From Syntrophales bacterium (GTDB lineage: Bacteria > Desulfobacterota > Syntrophia > Syntrophales > UBA4778), in contig JAQTPK010000001.1 in the NCBI GenBank assembly GCA_028712885.1, positions 40,302 through 104,301 on the forward strand: 64,000 bases of DNA, read 5' to 3'. The notes under the pieces were generated by a model that was not told the DNA's origin, did no database searches, and saw nothing but the letters and a program-made list of their open reading frames with translations. This document shows, in pieces, positions 1 to 8,398 of this stretch. A program made the position numbers and the translations under genes. Positions within the stretch are counted from its first letter, which is position 1. The number at the start of each line of letters is the position of its first letter.

Positions 1-227
1 TACAAGGGCTGATGACCATGGCCCCCTGGTCGGACAACCCGGAAGACGCCCGGCCAATTTTTCGGGGCTTAAGGCAATTGCGGGACAGAATCAGCGGCGA
101 AAAGATCGAGGGGATCTCGATGAAAGAGCTTTCGATGGGAATGTCTGACGATTTTCAGGTCGCCATAGAAGAGGGGGCGACCATCGTGCGCATCGGACGA
201 AGACTGTTTGGGGAAAGGCAAAAATAA
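1..227 (+). CDS. yggS: YggS/PROSC-family PLP-binding protein, C-terminal fragment (5' end off-window)
   Basis: The frame is open to the window edge. The C-terminal motif SMGMSDDFQVAIEEGATIVRIGRRLFG is typical of YggS-type PLP proteins. Confidence 0.75.
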   Translation, partial: QGLMTMAPWSDNPEDARPIFRGLRQLRDRISGEKIEGISMKELSMGMSDDFQVAIEEGATIVRIGRRLFGERQK

Positions 228-317
228 AGTTCAGAGTTCGGAGTTCAGTGTTATCTTCAGGGGGCTCCTTGTCTTCTTGAGACTAAACACTGAACTCGGA
301 ACTCGGAACTGTTTTTA
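228..317. terminator. bidirectional terminator-like long hairpin built from AGTTCAG-type heptamers
   Basis: Arms at 228-252 and 286-310 are complementary at 23 of 25 positions. The hairpin is flanked by AAAATAAA on the left and GTTTTTAT on the right, and lies between convergent genes. Confidence 0.65.
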
Positions 318-746
318 TGCCCGCCCGACCGGTTCCAGATTGCGGATCAGGGAGTCCTTCTTTTTCATGTCGAGGGCGAACATTTTGTTTTTCAGCGCCT
401 CGATCATATAGGTTATTTTAGAAATAATCAGCCCTCGGATCATAAAACTGATCGCGAACGACTGCGAATCGGACAGGTTTGCGGTATCCAGAACTTCCAG
501 TGTTTCCCGGATCACCGGAGTGATTCGGCGGTTGATTTCCTCCTGGTTCTCCGTAAGTTTTCCGTCCTTCGACGCCCCCCAGACTGCCGGGACAATGTAA
601 GTAATAGGTTCAGCCAGAAGGATGTCCTTATGCGCCAGGAAAACATCGTTGGCCGTTTTGTCGAGGAGGGGCCCGATAATCCTGGACAACCTGGTTATAT
701 CTTCATTGGGTTTTTTCCCGGAAAAAATTTTTTTCAGCAGGCTCAT
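315..746 (-). CDS. hypothetical protein (143 aa)
   Basis: Clean ORF downstream of the HD-GYP gene on the same strand. I recognised no motif. Confidence 0.5.
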   Translation of the reverse strand: MSLLKKIFSGKKPNEDITRLSRIIGPLLDKTANDVFLAHKDILLAEPITYIVPAVWGASKDGKLTENQEEINRRITPVIRETLEVLDTANLSDSQSFAISFMIRGLIISKITYMIEALKNKMFALDMKKKDSLIRNLEPVGRA

Positions 747-850
747 TTCTGTTCCCCCGATTGCCCGACCTTTATTTAATGAAACAATACTGACAATAAG
801 CTTGGACCGGGATCTGCACAGGCAGGAAAAGCGGATAAGACGTTAACACA

Positions 851-2341
851 TTATAATATTTTCAGGAATGCTTCCACAATTATTTTATCGAATTGCTTGT
901 CGACGTTCCTCTCCAGCTCCTCTACCGCCTCTCCGGTTTTCATCGCCCTCCTGTAGGGCCGGTTGTTGGTCATCGCATCAAAAGAGTCGACGACGGTCAG
1001 AATTCGCGCATTCAGGGGAATTTCGCACCCGGCAAGACCGTCAGGATAGCCCCTTCCGTCCCATCGTTCGTGATGGGACCTGATTATCCTGGATTCCTGT
1101 TCGAAAAGCAGAACGGGCTTCAGGATCATTTCGCCCGTGGCGCAGTGGCCCTTAATGACGGAGAATTCATCTTCCGAAAGCCCGTCCTTCTTGAGCAGGA
1201 TCTGGTCGGGGACGGAAATCTTGCCGATGTCGTGAAGCATGCCGGCAATTTTCAGAGACTCGATATCGTGCTGGGGAATCCCAATGACCTTCGCGGTCCT
1301 GACCGCCAGATCCGTAACCCGGATGGAATGTTCTTCCGTATAATAATCCCGGGCCTGAATGGAAGCCGCCAGGGAATAGAACGTATCCATGATGCTCGAA
1401 TACGTGCTTTCGTACAGGATCTTGTTCTCCAGGTTGAGGGAAGCCCTCCGGGTGAGACTCTGGATAAAATTGAGGTCCTTCTGGGTGAACTCTATGCCGT
1501 TTCTCTTTCTCGACAGCGTCATTACGCCGAATGCCGTATTTCTGATTTTCAGGGGAACGCAGATAAGAGAATTGACCATCTGGGTATGGCCGTGCGTATT
1601 CATCAATATGGGCTCTTTTTTCCGGACCGCCTCGCGGAAAACCGAATTCAGCGAGGGGAGGATCACATGAGAGTAAAGTTCATGTATGGAGCTTTTGACC
1701 ACTTTGGGTTCGAAGCGGTCGTTTCCCGCGTCATAGAGAAGAATGGCGCAGCTCTCGCCGTTTACCAGCTTGAGAGCGAGATCCACCATGTCTTCGAATA
1801 CCTGCTCGTTGCCCTCCCTTATGCTTTCTATCCTGTCGTAAATGTAGCTTTTTTTGGAGAGCTCGGAGATTTTGTCCCTCAGCCGGAGAGAGTCTATCCG
1901 ATCCCTCTTCAGGTCGTCGCTCAGCATCTTCTTTTCCCGCAGGTAAAGGTTTACCTTGTAAAGGAGCTCATCGATGTTGAAGGGCTTGGCGATGAAATCG
2001 GCCGCTCCCGTCTTGATCGCGGATACGGAAAGATCAAGCGTGGGGAAGCCGGTGATGAGGATCATGTGAATGGCCGGGTTGATCTTCATGATCTCGTTCA
2101 GCAGATCGATCCCGCTCATGCCCGGCATTTTGATATCGCTGATAATGAGATCGCAGGGGTGATTCTGGAAGATTTCCAGGGCCTCTATGCCGTTCTCGGC
2201 CTCGAATACGGGTGAGATTTTTGAGTCCTGGAGGGCATCGATGATCATGGACCGTGTGGATTCATCGTCATCCACGACAAGGACCGTTCCGCTATCAGAA
2301 AGAGAGAATTCCTTTTCCCTGATCATCCGAGAAGAAACCAT
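851..2341 (-). CDS. response regulator with receiver, GAF-like and HD-GYP domains (putative c-di-GMP phosphodiesterase)
   Basis: Receiver motifs VLVVDDD, DLIISDIKMPGMSG and KPF. HD-GYP motifs HDIGK and HHERWDGRGYPDG. Confidence 0.9.
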   Translation of the reverse strand: MVSSRMIREKEFSLSDSGTVLVVDDDESTRSMIIDALQDSKISPVFEAENGIEALEIFQNHPCDLIISDIKMPGMSGIDLLNEIMKINPAIHMILITGFPTLDLSVSAIKTGAADFIAKPFNIDELLYKVNLYLREKKMLSDDLKRDRIDSLRLRDKISELSKKSYIYDRIESIREGNEQVFEDMVDLALKLVNGESCAILLYDAGNDRFEPKVVKSSIHELYSHVILPSLNSVFREAVRKKEPILMNTHGHTQMVNSLICVPLKIRNTAFGVMTLSRKRNGIEFTQKDLNFIQSLTRRASLNLENKILYESTYSSIMDTFYSLAASIQARDYYTEEHSIRVTDLAVRTAKVIGIPQHDIESLKIAGMLHDIGKISVPDQILLKKDGLSEDEFSVIKGHCATGEMILKPVLLFEQESRIIRSHHERWDGRGYPDGLAGCEIPLNARILTVVDSFDAMTNNRPYRRAMKTGEAVEELERNVDKQFDKIIVEAFLKIL

Positions 2342-2406
2342 CTGAGTATCCGAATGCCGATTTCCAGCTGGCGCAGCCTGGAGCGGGCGGAGAGGGGTTT
2401 GAGGAA

Positions 2407-2622
2407 TTATTCCGACTTCCCTTTCAGAATAATATCCAGGAGACTGTATGAAATCTTCTTGTAAGCCCGTTCCATCCGTTCCTGCTCGGTGGAAAGCGAT
2501 ACAATGTCATTGTACTTGCTTCCCTGAGCAGTTTCGCCCTGGGATACCTCCCTTGGTTTTACCTTATTCTGTTTGCTGTAGGCCTGCAGAATACTGTTGA
2601 CCTGATAGGGCGAAATTGTCAT
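2407..2622 (-). CDS. small hypothetical protein (71 aa), sigma-28-dependent candidate
   Basis: ORF lies 37 nt downstream of a near-consensus sigma-28 promoter. Only a weak likeness (DIVSLSTEQ) to the VxLS segment of FlgM-type proteins. Confidence 0.5.
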   Translation of the reverse strand: MTISPYQVNSILQAYSKQNKVKPREVSQGETAQGSKYNDIVSLSTEQERMERAYKKISYSLLDIILKGKSE

Positions 2623-2658
2623 GGGCAGACTCTCATCATGGACTTCGGTCTATCAAAC

Positions 2659-2685
2659 TAATCGGCATCGGGAGGGAAAACTTTA
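2659..2685 (-). promoter_or_regulatory. sigma-28 (FliA) promoter candidate for the small ORF / HD-GYP unit
   Basis: Coding-strand sequence TAAAGTTTTCCCTCCCGATGCCGATTA, which is TAAA-N15-GCCGATTA against the consensus TAAA-N15-GCCGATAA. Lies 37 nt upstream of the ATG. Confidence 0.7.
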
Positions 2686-2689
2686 GAAA

Positions 2690-2768
2690 AAACGGCAAAA
2701 GACAAATGGCGAAAGTCAAAAGGCTGAAGGTCGGCGCTGCGTTTTCTTTATTTCTCTTGAGCCTTTAG
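2690..2768. repeat. heptamer-array palindrome (AAAGGCN family)
   Basis: AAAAGGCTGAAGG (2718-2730) faces CTCTTGAGCCTTTAG (2754-2768) and is preceded by related A-rich units. Lies in a divergent promoter region. Confidence 0.5.
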
Positions 2769-2781
2769 CTCTATATTTTGT

Positions 2782-2809
2782 TTGACTATTAATTTTTTTT
2801 TGTTATTAA
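2782..2809 (+). promoter_or_regulatory. sigma-70-type promoter candidate for the first sigma-54 activator gene
   Basis: TTGACT-N16-TATTAA, about 58 nt upstream of the 2867 start. Confidence 0.35.
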
Positions 2810-2866
2810 ATGATCGCGGTTCAAGGCGGAATCATAGTTTATTCAGGTCATTGCCGAAGGCTGATT

Positions 2867-4240
2867 ATGAGACGAGCCAGGATTCTCATCGCGGAAGACG
2901 ATGAACTGAACCGTGAGAATCTGAGAGAGCTTCTGGAAACAGGAGGTTACGATGTCCGGGCGGTTGAGGACGGCCAGGCAGCCATGGCGGCCGTTCTTGA
3001 GGAAAAATATGATCTGATCATCACAGATCTGAAAATGCCCAATGTCGACGGCCTCAAACTCCTGAAGTACGCCATCGATCTCAATCCCGAAAGCACCGTA
3101 ATCATGGTGACCGGCTACGGCAGCGTGGACACCGCGGTGGAAGCCATGAAATTCGGCGCTTTCGATTACATCACCAAGCCGCTGAAAGACGATCTCGTCA
3201 AACTCACCGTTGAACGCGCCCTTTCGTTCGCCCGCCTCAAAGAAGAAAACACCTCTCTGAAAGGGCAGCTCCGTCGCAAATACGATTTCGGGAACATGAT
3301 CGGCTACAGCGACAATATGAAGCAGATTTTCGACACCATCGAGAAAGTTGCCGCTTCGGACAGCACCGTCATTATCTACGGCGAAAGCGGCACCGGCAAA
3401 GAGCTGGTGGCCAAGGCGATACATTTCAACAGCGAGCGCAGCAATTACCCGCTTGTCGCGGTTAATTGCGGAGCTATCCCCGAGGAGCTCCTCGAGAGCG
3501 AGCTGTTCGGCCACGAGAAGGGGGCCTTTACGGGCGCGACCAGGAGCCGGATGGGCCGCTTTGAACTGGCGCACGGGGGCACGATTTTCCTCGACGAAAT
3601 AGGAGACATGAGCCCTGCCCTCCAGGTCAAGGTTCTCCGGGTGCTCCAGGAGAAGCAGTTCGAAAGGATCGGAGGAGTCAAGACGATCCAAGTCGACGTC
3701 CGGATCATTGCCGCGACAAATCAGGATCTGGAGCAGGCCATTACCGAGAAGAGATTCCGGGAGGATCTGTTTTACCGGCTGAACGTCATTCCCATCCATC
3801 TGCCGCCGCTGCGCGAGAGGAAAGTCGATATTCCGATCCTGGCCAATCATTTCCTGAATAAATTCTGCAAAATGAAAAGGAGATCGGAAAAAAGGATCAG
3901 TCCGGAATGCATGAATCTCCTGATCAGGTATGCATGGCCGGGGAATGTCCGCGAGCTCGAGAACCTCATCGAAATGCTCGTGGTAATGAAAGAAGATGAT
4001 GAAATCGGAGGCGGGGACCTTCCCGGGAAAATTCTGAATGCCGATTCAAGGGATTATCCCCATCAGATAGAATTGCCCGTGGAGGGTCTGAATTTTAATG
4101 ATTTGGTGGACAAGTTCGAGCGCGATCTCCTCTCCAAGGCCTTGCTCAGGACGGGAGGAGCAAAGAAGAAAGCTGCGGAGCTCCTGAACCTGAACCGGAC
4201 CACTTTCGTCGAAAAACTGAAGAGATTCAAAATAAACTGA
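2867..4240 (+). CDS. sigma-54-dependent response regulator (REC + AAA+ + Fis-type HTH)
   Basis: REC motifs ILIAEDDE, ITDLKMP and TKP. Walker A GESGTGKE and GAFTGA loop. C-terminal HTH. Start moved to MRRARIL from the ORF-track start at 2810. Confidence 0.9.
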   Translation: MRRARILIAEDDELNRENLRELLETGGYDVRAVEDGQAAMAAVLEEKYDLIITDLKMPNVDGLKLLKYAIDLNPESTVIMVTGYGSVDTAVEAMKFGAFDYITKPLKDDLVKLTVERALSFARLKEENTSLKGQLRRKYDFGNMIGYSDNMKQIFDTIEKVAASDSTVIIYGESGTGKELVAKAIHFNSERSNYPLVAVNCGAIPEELLESELFGHEKGAFTGATRSRMGRFELAHGGTIFLDEIGDMSPALQVKVLRVLQEKQFERIGGVKTIQVDVRIIAATNQDLEQAITEKRFREDLFYRLNVIPIHLPPLRERKVDIPILANHFLNKFCKMKRRSEKRISPECMNLLIRYAWPGNVRELENLIEMLVVMKEDDEIGGGDLPGKILNADSRDYPHQIELPVEGLNFNDLVDKFERDLLSKALLRTGGAKKKAAELLNLNRTTFVEKLKRFKIN

Positions 4241-4320
4241 TTTTCCACCGAGTACCCGAAATCCCGGGTGCTTGTCAAATATTTGTCGCCTCCCCCCTGT
4301 TTTTGACTCGGTTCACTCCG

Positions 4321-4420
4321 CTGTAAAAAGTGAAAAGTAAAATTGGAAAGTTATTTTCCATGAATTTCTAAGGATTAATCCCGCTTTTCGTCTTTGACGC
4401 TTTACTTTTCACTGTCAAAC
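4321..4420. repeat. inverted repeat with GTGAAAAGTAAA core
   Basis: Perfect 12-nt inverted repeat at 4330-4341 and 4401-4412, with A-rich periodic flanks. Confidence 0.6.
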
Positions 4421-4447
4421 TCCCGGCCCCATCCCCCTTTTCCCTAC

Positions 4448-4463
4448 TGGTATATATATTGCT
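4448..4463 (+). promoter_or_regulatory. sigma-54 (-24/-12) promoter, SPOR/TPR - histidine kinase unit
   Basis: TGGTATATATATTGCT, with GG and GC spaced exactly as in the consensus TGGCAC-N5-TTGCW. Confidence 0.7.
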
Positions 4464-4533
4464 TTGGATCAAAAAAACTCAGAACAACCTCTTATTGCGC
4501 GAAAGGGTCGGAACAGAGACCGGTTCGGTAACT

Positions 4534-7044
4534 ATGCGAAAACTAACCCTGGTTGTCGTTGCCCTGCTTATCTCATTTTTACTGATGCAGGACGGAGCTC
4601 ACGCCGCGAGAAAGAGCAGGCAGCAATTCCAGATTCAGGTATCGTCGTATAAAGACGAGCGGACGGCCAGAGAGCATGCCGGCAGTCTTAGAGAACTGGG
4701 CTATCCCGCCCGGTACGAGAAAATAGCAATTCGCGGAAAGGGGAACTGGTACAGAGTCTATATCGGAAAGTATCCCGACCGCGCGGTCGCCGCCGCTGCC
4801 GCGAAGAGGCTCAAAGCGTCCGGAATGCTGGAGAGTTTCTCGGTGCTGGAGGCGTCCCCCCAAACGGAAATCTCCGCCCGGAAAAAGGGCGCCGTCCGGC
4901 AGGCTTCCTCCGCCGCTGCTGAAAAAAAACGCGCGGTCAAGGTCGCACAGGAAGGGGCAAAACCCGCCCCCGAACCGAAAGAAGAGGAAACCCGCCCCGC
5001 CCAGCCGGCGCAGAAGGAGAAACCTGAGCAAGTCTCCCAACCTGCGCCCCCGGCGAAAGCCGCCGCCTCGACTCCGGCCGAGCCGGAATCGGAAAGCCAG
5101 TCCCGCATTTCGCTTTATAACTCCGCCCTGGCCGATTTCCAGCAGGAGAAATACCGGTCCGCCCTGGAGAAATTCAGCGCAGCGATGCGCGAGGACCTTG
5201 AGCCGGACAAGAAAGTGGCTGCCTATCGCAGGATGGCGGATTGCCGCTATTTTATCGGCCATAAGGAAGCGGACAATCAGGAGCTGCTCGCCGCCGTGGA
5301 CATGTTCAAGGAGATACTGCAGAAGTACCCCGAGGGCTTCGACAACATGCAGGCTCTGAATAAGCTGGCAAGAAGCTATGTATTCCTGAAATTCTATTAC
5401 GAGGCCAAGAGGGAGTTTCAGACCCTGTATACGCGATATCCCGACTCGCCCCATGCCGAAGAGGCCCTTTTCATGGCGGGAGACATGTCCGTCAGAACGA
5501 GAAATTTCACCGAGGCCGCAGAAAAGTTCAAAGAATACGTCTCAAGATATCCCAAGGGAAAGTTTATCAAGCAGGCCTATTTCGGCGCCGCGGACGCCTG
5601 CGCGCAACTGCAGCAGGACGAGCAGGCGGGAGTGTTTTACCGCGAGGCGCTGTCGCGCTGGACGATCGACGAGATACCGAAGGAATCCGTCCTGAATCTG
5701 GGTTACTACTACTTCCGCGTCCGGCATTACGGAAGCGCAGCGGATGTCTTCTTCCTGTACCTGAATCTGTATCCGGACGACGAGGGCATTCGGGAAGTCT
5801 ATTTCACCATAGCCCGTTCGTTTCTCGAAATGGAACAGTACGGGATCGCCGTCAAGTTTCTCAGCCTTCTCATGGAGAGATATCCGGACAGCCGGGAGGC
5901 GCTGGAAGGGTCCATCGTCATGGCCAATATCGGCGTGAAAAAACCCGGTTTGAAAATGCCCGACCTGGCGGGAGTAAGAAATTACCGGGATCCGATCAGC
6001 GCCTATAACGAGCTCCTTGCGAAACCGAACGCGGGCGAGCTGGTGGAGGGACTGCTGCTGCAGAAGTCATACGCCCTGTTTAAAACAGGCCGGTACGAGG
6101 ATGCTTTCAATACGAATGTTCTGCTGGTCCGGGCTTTCCCCCGAGGAAGGTACAGGGAGGAAGGCATCCGCAGCCTGATCTCCGTGTCGAACCATCTTGT
6201 CCATTCCTACCATTCCCGCGCGGATTATCTCCCGATCGCGAGGATCTATTTCCAGGCGTATGACGCGGCCCTGGCCAAAAGCGAAGACCGTCAGGCGTTA
6301 TATAAAATCGGGGACAGCCTGAAACGCACGGGACTCCTGTTCGACGCCAAGCGGGTTTTTGATCATCTCCTTTCGTCCGCTTCCGAAGACCGCAATTCCG
6401 TTCTCCTGGCCATGGCCGAGGTCGATTTCCTGCGGGGCAAATACGATGATGCGGAAAGAGGGGCCGGCGATCTTTCTCCCAGAGTGCCGGAAACCGGAGG
6501 GGCGGTCTTTGCGGCCCTGCAGAAGCTGAAGGGCGATCTCCTGACGCACAGGGGAGCCTATCCCCAGGCGGCCTCGGAATACGCCAAAGCCGTAAAGAGC
6601 GCGGAAGGCGACGCGCTGCTGAAGTGGAGCTACGCGAAAGCCCTCAAGGAGTCGGATGCATGCGCAGCTGCGATACCCGAACTGCGGCAGGTGCTGGCCC
6701 TCTGCGCAAAGGACAAGGAAAAATATCCCGCGGTCGTTCGGGCCGAATGGCAGAGGGCGCTTGCGCAGTGTCTCCTCAAGGAGCGCGATTATCCCGGGGC
6801 GATCGCGATGTATCGAGGCGCAGCGGCCGGCGCGGGGAGCAGCGAGAGCCTCTGGGCCCTTTTCGATACGGCCAAGGCTTACCATCGGATGAAGAACCAG
6901 GCCATGGCGGACAAGACCTTCGCCGAGATGAAGGGACAGGGCGGGGAGGAATTCTGGTCCAACCTGGCCGACTATTATCTGAGGGAGGAAGGCTGGAACG
7001 CGAAATACGGAAAATACTTGAAGCATCCGGAGGGCGGGAGATGA
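4534..7044 (+). CDS. exported SPOR-domain protein with Pro/Ala/Glu-rich linker and long TPR region
   Basis: Signal-like N-terminus MRKLTLVVVALLISFLLMQDGAHAA. SPOR-like segment FQIQVSSYKDERTAREHAGSLRELGYPARYEKI..WYRVYIGKY. Multiple TPR-like repeats. Start moved from 4459. Confidence 0.8.
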   Translation: MRKLTLVVVALLISFLLMQDGAHAARKSRQQFQIQVSSYKDERTAREHAGSLRELGYPARYEKIAIRGKGNWYRVYIGKYPDRAVAAAAAKRLKASGMLESFSVLEASPQTEISARKKGAVRQASSAAAEKKRAVKVAQEGAKPAPEPKEEETRPAQPAQKEKPEQVSQPAPPAKAAASTPAEPESESQSRISLYNSALADFQQEKYRSALEKFSAAMREDLEPDKKVAAYRRMADCRYFIGHKEADNQELLAAVDMFKEILQKYPEGFDNMQALNKLARSYVFLKFYYEAKREFQTLYTRYPDSPHAEEALFMAGDMSVRTRNFTEAAEKFKEYVSRYPKGKFIKQAYFGAADACAQLQQDEQAGVFYREALSRWTIDEIPKESVLNLGYYYFRVRHYGSAADVFFLYLNLYPDDEGIREVYFTIARSFLEMEQYGIAVKFLSLLMERYPDSREALEGSIVMANIGVKKPGLKMPDLAGVRNYRDPISAYNELLAKPNAGELVEGLLLQKSYALFKTGRYEDAFNTNVLLVRAFPRGRYREEGIRSLISVSNHLVHSYHSRADYLPIARIYFQAYDAALAKSEDRQALYKIGDSLKRTGLLFDAKRVFDHLLSSASEDRNSVLLAMAEVDFLRGKYDDAERGAGDLSPRVPETGGAVFAALQKLKGDLLTHRGAYPQAASEYAKAVKSAEGDALLKWSYAKALKESDACAAAIPELRQVLALCAKDKEKYPAVVRAEWQRALAQCLLKERDYPGAIAMYRGAAAGAGSSESLWALFDTAKAYHRMKNQAMADKTFAEMKGQGGEEFWSNLADYYLREEGWNAKYGKYLKHPEGGR

Positions 7045-8249
7045 ATCCTGCTTCAAAATCGGAAGATCTCCAGAGGTCGTTCAGGGATTTCAACAGCGCG
7101 GCGGAGCGCATCCAGAGCGCTTTTTCCAGCCTGGAGCATAAATTTGCGAAAATCAACCGCGAGCTTGAGGAGAAAAACCGGGAGCTGAAAAAAACAGTTT
7201 CCGAAAAAGAAGAGGTGCAGAGCTATCTCCAGAACATCATCGAGAGCCTGTCCACCGGGGTTATTGTCACCGACCTGGAGGGCCGGATCACCATCCTTAA
7301 CGGGTGCGCGGAGGCCTTCTGCGGCGTTCCGCACGCATCAGCGGCGGGAAGGCCGGTCGAGGAGCTGTTTCGGGGAATGCGTGCAAAATCTCCCAAGGGC
7401 GTCCTCGATGTCCGCCTGCTCACGGGGGAAGCGCCGCGCAGGATCCGCCTGGGCGAGAGGATCGTCGAACTCTTCGGATCCCTGGTGCGGGGCAACGGCG
7501 GCGAAGTGATCGGGCGCATTTATATCCTGCGGGACGTGACTCGTATGGAAAAACTGGAGGAAATGGCCAAACGGACGGAGAAACTGGCTGCGATGGGGGA
7601 GATGGCCGCCAATATCGCCCACGAGATCAGAAACCCGCTCGGGAGCATCGAGCTCTTCGCCTCCCTGGTCAGGAAGGATATCAAGGACAAGAAGAATCAG
7701 GACAGGCTCATGCAGGTCATCGCCTCCGTAAAAAACGTGGACAACAGGATCTCCAATCTTCTCCTGTTCGCCCGCAGGCGCAATCCGGTGATGCGAAGCA
7801 TGCGCCTGCACAAAATCCTGGACGATGTCCTTCACTTCACGCGCCAGATAACCGAGAGGGACGGGATAACCCTCCGGGAGAATTTTTCCCCCTGCGATCC
7901 GCTCGTCCGGGGGGACGCGGAAATGCTCAAGCAGGTTTTTCTCAACATTATCCTGAACGCGCTGCAGTCGATGCCGGAAGGCGGCCGGCTCACGATCTCC
8001 ACCGTTCAGCGGGAAGCGGGAACCGTGGAGATCAGCTTCGGCGATACGGGGGCGGGAATTCCGGAGGAGAACCTCGGAAAGATTTTCGACCCGCTGTTCA
8101 GTACGCGCGAAAGGGGCGCCGGGCTCGGACTGGCCATCGTCCACAATCTTGTCGATTTGCACGGCGGAGCCATTGAAGTGGAAAGCGGCCCGGAAGGGAC
8201 CGTCTTCACCGTTTCCCTGCCCGCGATCCGCAGGCAGCGGGGCAAATAA
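7041..8249 (+). CDS. soluble PAS sensor histidine kinase (FlrB/FleS-like position)
   Basis: Coiled coil plus PAS. H-box HEIRNPLGSI, with N, G1 and G2 boxes NIILNALQS, DTGAGI and GAGLGL. No TM segment. ATGA overlap with the SPOR/TPR gene. Confidence 0.9.
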   Translation: MNPASKSEDLQRSFRDFNSAAERIQSAFSSLEHKFAKINRELEEKNRELKKTVSEKEEVQSYLQNIIESLSTGVIVTDLEGRITILNGCAEAFCGVPHASAAGRPVEELFRGMRAKSPKGVLDVRLLTGEAPRRIRLGERIVELFGSLVRGNGGEVIGRIYILRDVTRMEKLEEMAKRTEKLAAMGEMAANIAHEIRNPLGSIELFASLVRKDIKDKKNQDRLMQVIASVKNVDNRISNLLLFARRRNPVMRSMRLHKILDDVLHFTRQITERDGITLRENFSPCDPLVRGDAEMLKQVFLNIILNALQSMPEGGRLTISTVQREAGTVEISFGDTGAGIPEENLGKIFDPLFSTRERGAGLGLAIVHNLVDLHGGAIEVESGPEGTVFTVSLPAIRRQRGK

Positions 8250-8398
8250 AAATGCGAGAGGGTCTGATGATTACGAGGTCCAGAAGGGGGTTGCAGAAGG
8301 GCACGAATCCGGAGGGATACCTCTGGGTGCTGTGGGTGTTTTGGGTGCTCGGCGTCCTTTTGTCGCTGTGTGAGTTTTTCAGGAACATTTAGGGAAAT

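Noticed and set aside
8325-8360. GGGTG repeated three times with a 9-nt period upstream of the second activator gene. This was considered as a heptamer-family member or as a sigma-54 promoter.
   Set aside because: The period is 9 nt, not 7, and there is no inverted partner. No GG-N10-GC arrangement with correct spacing could be found.
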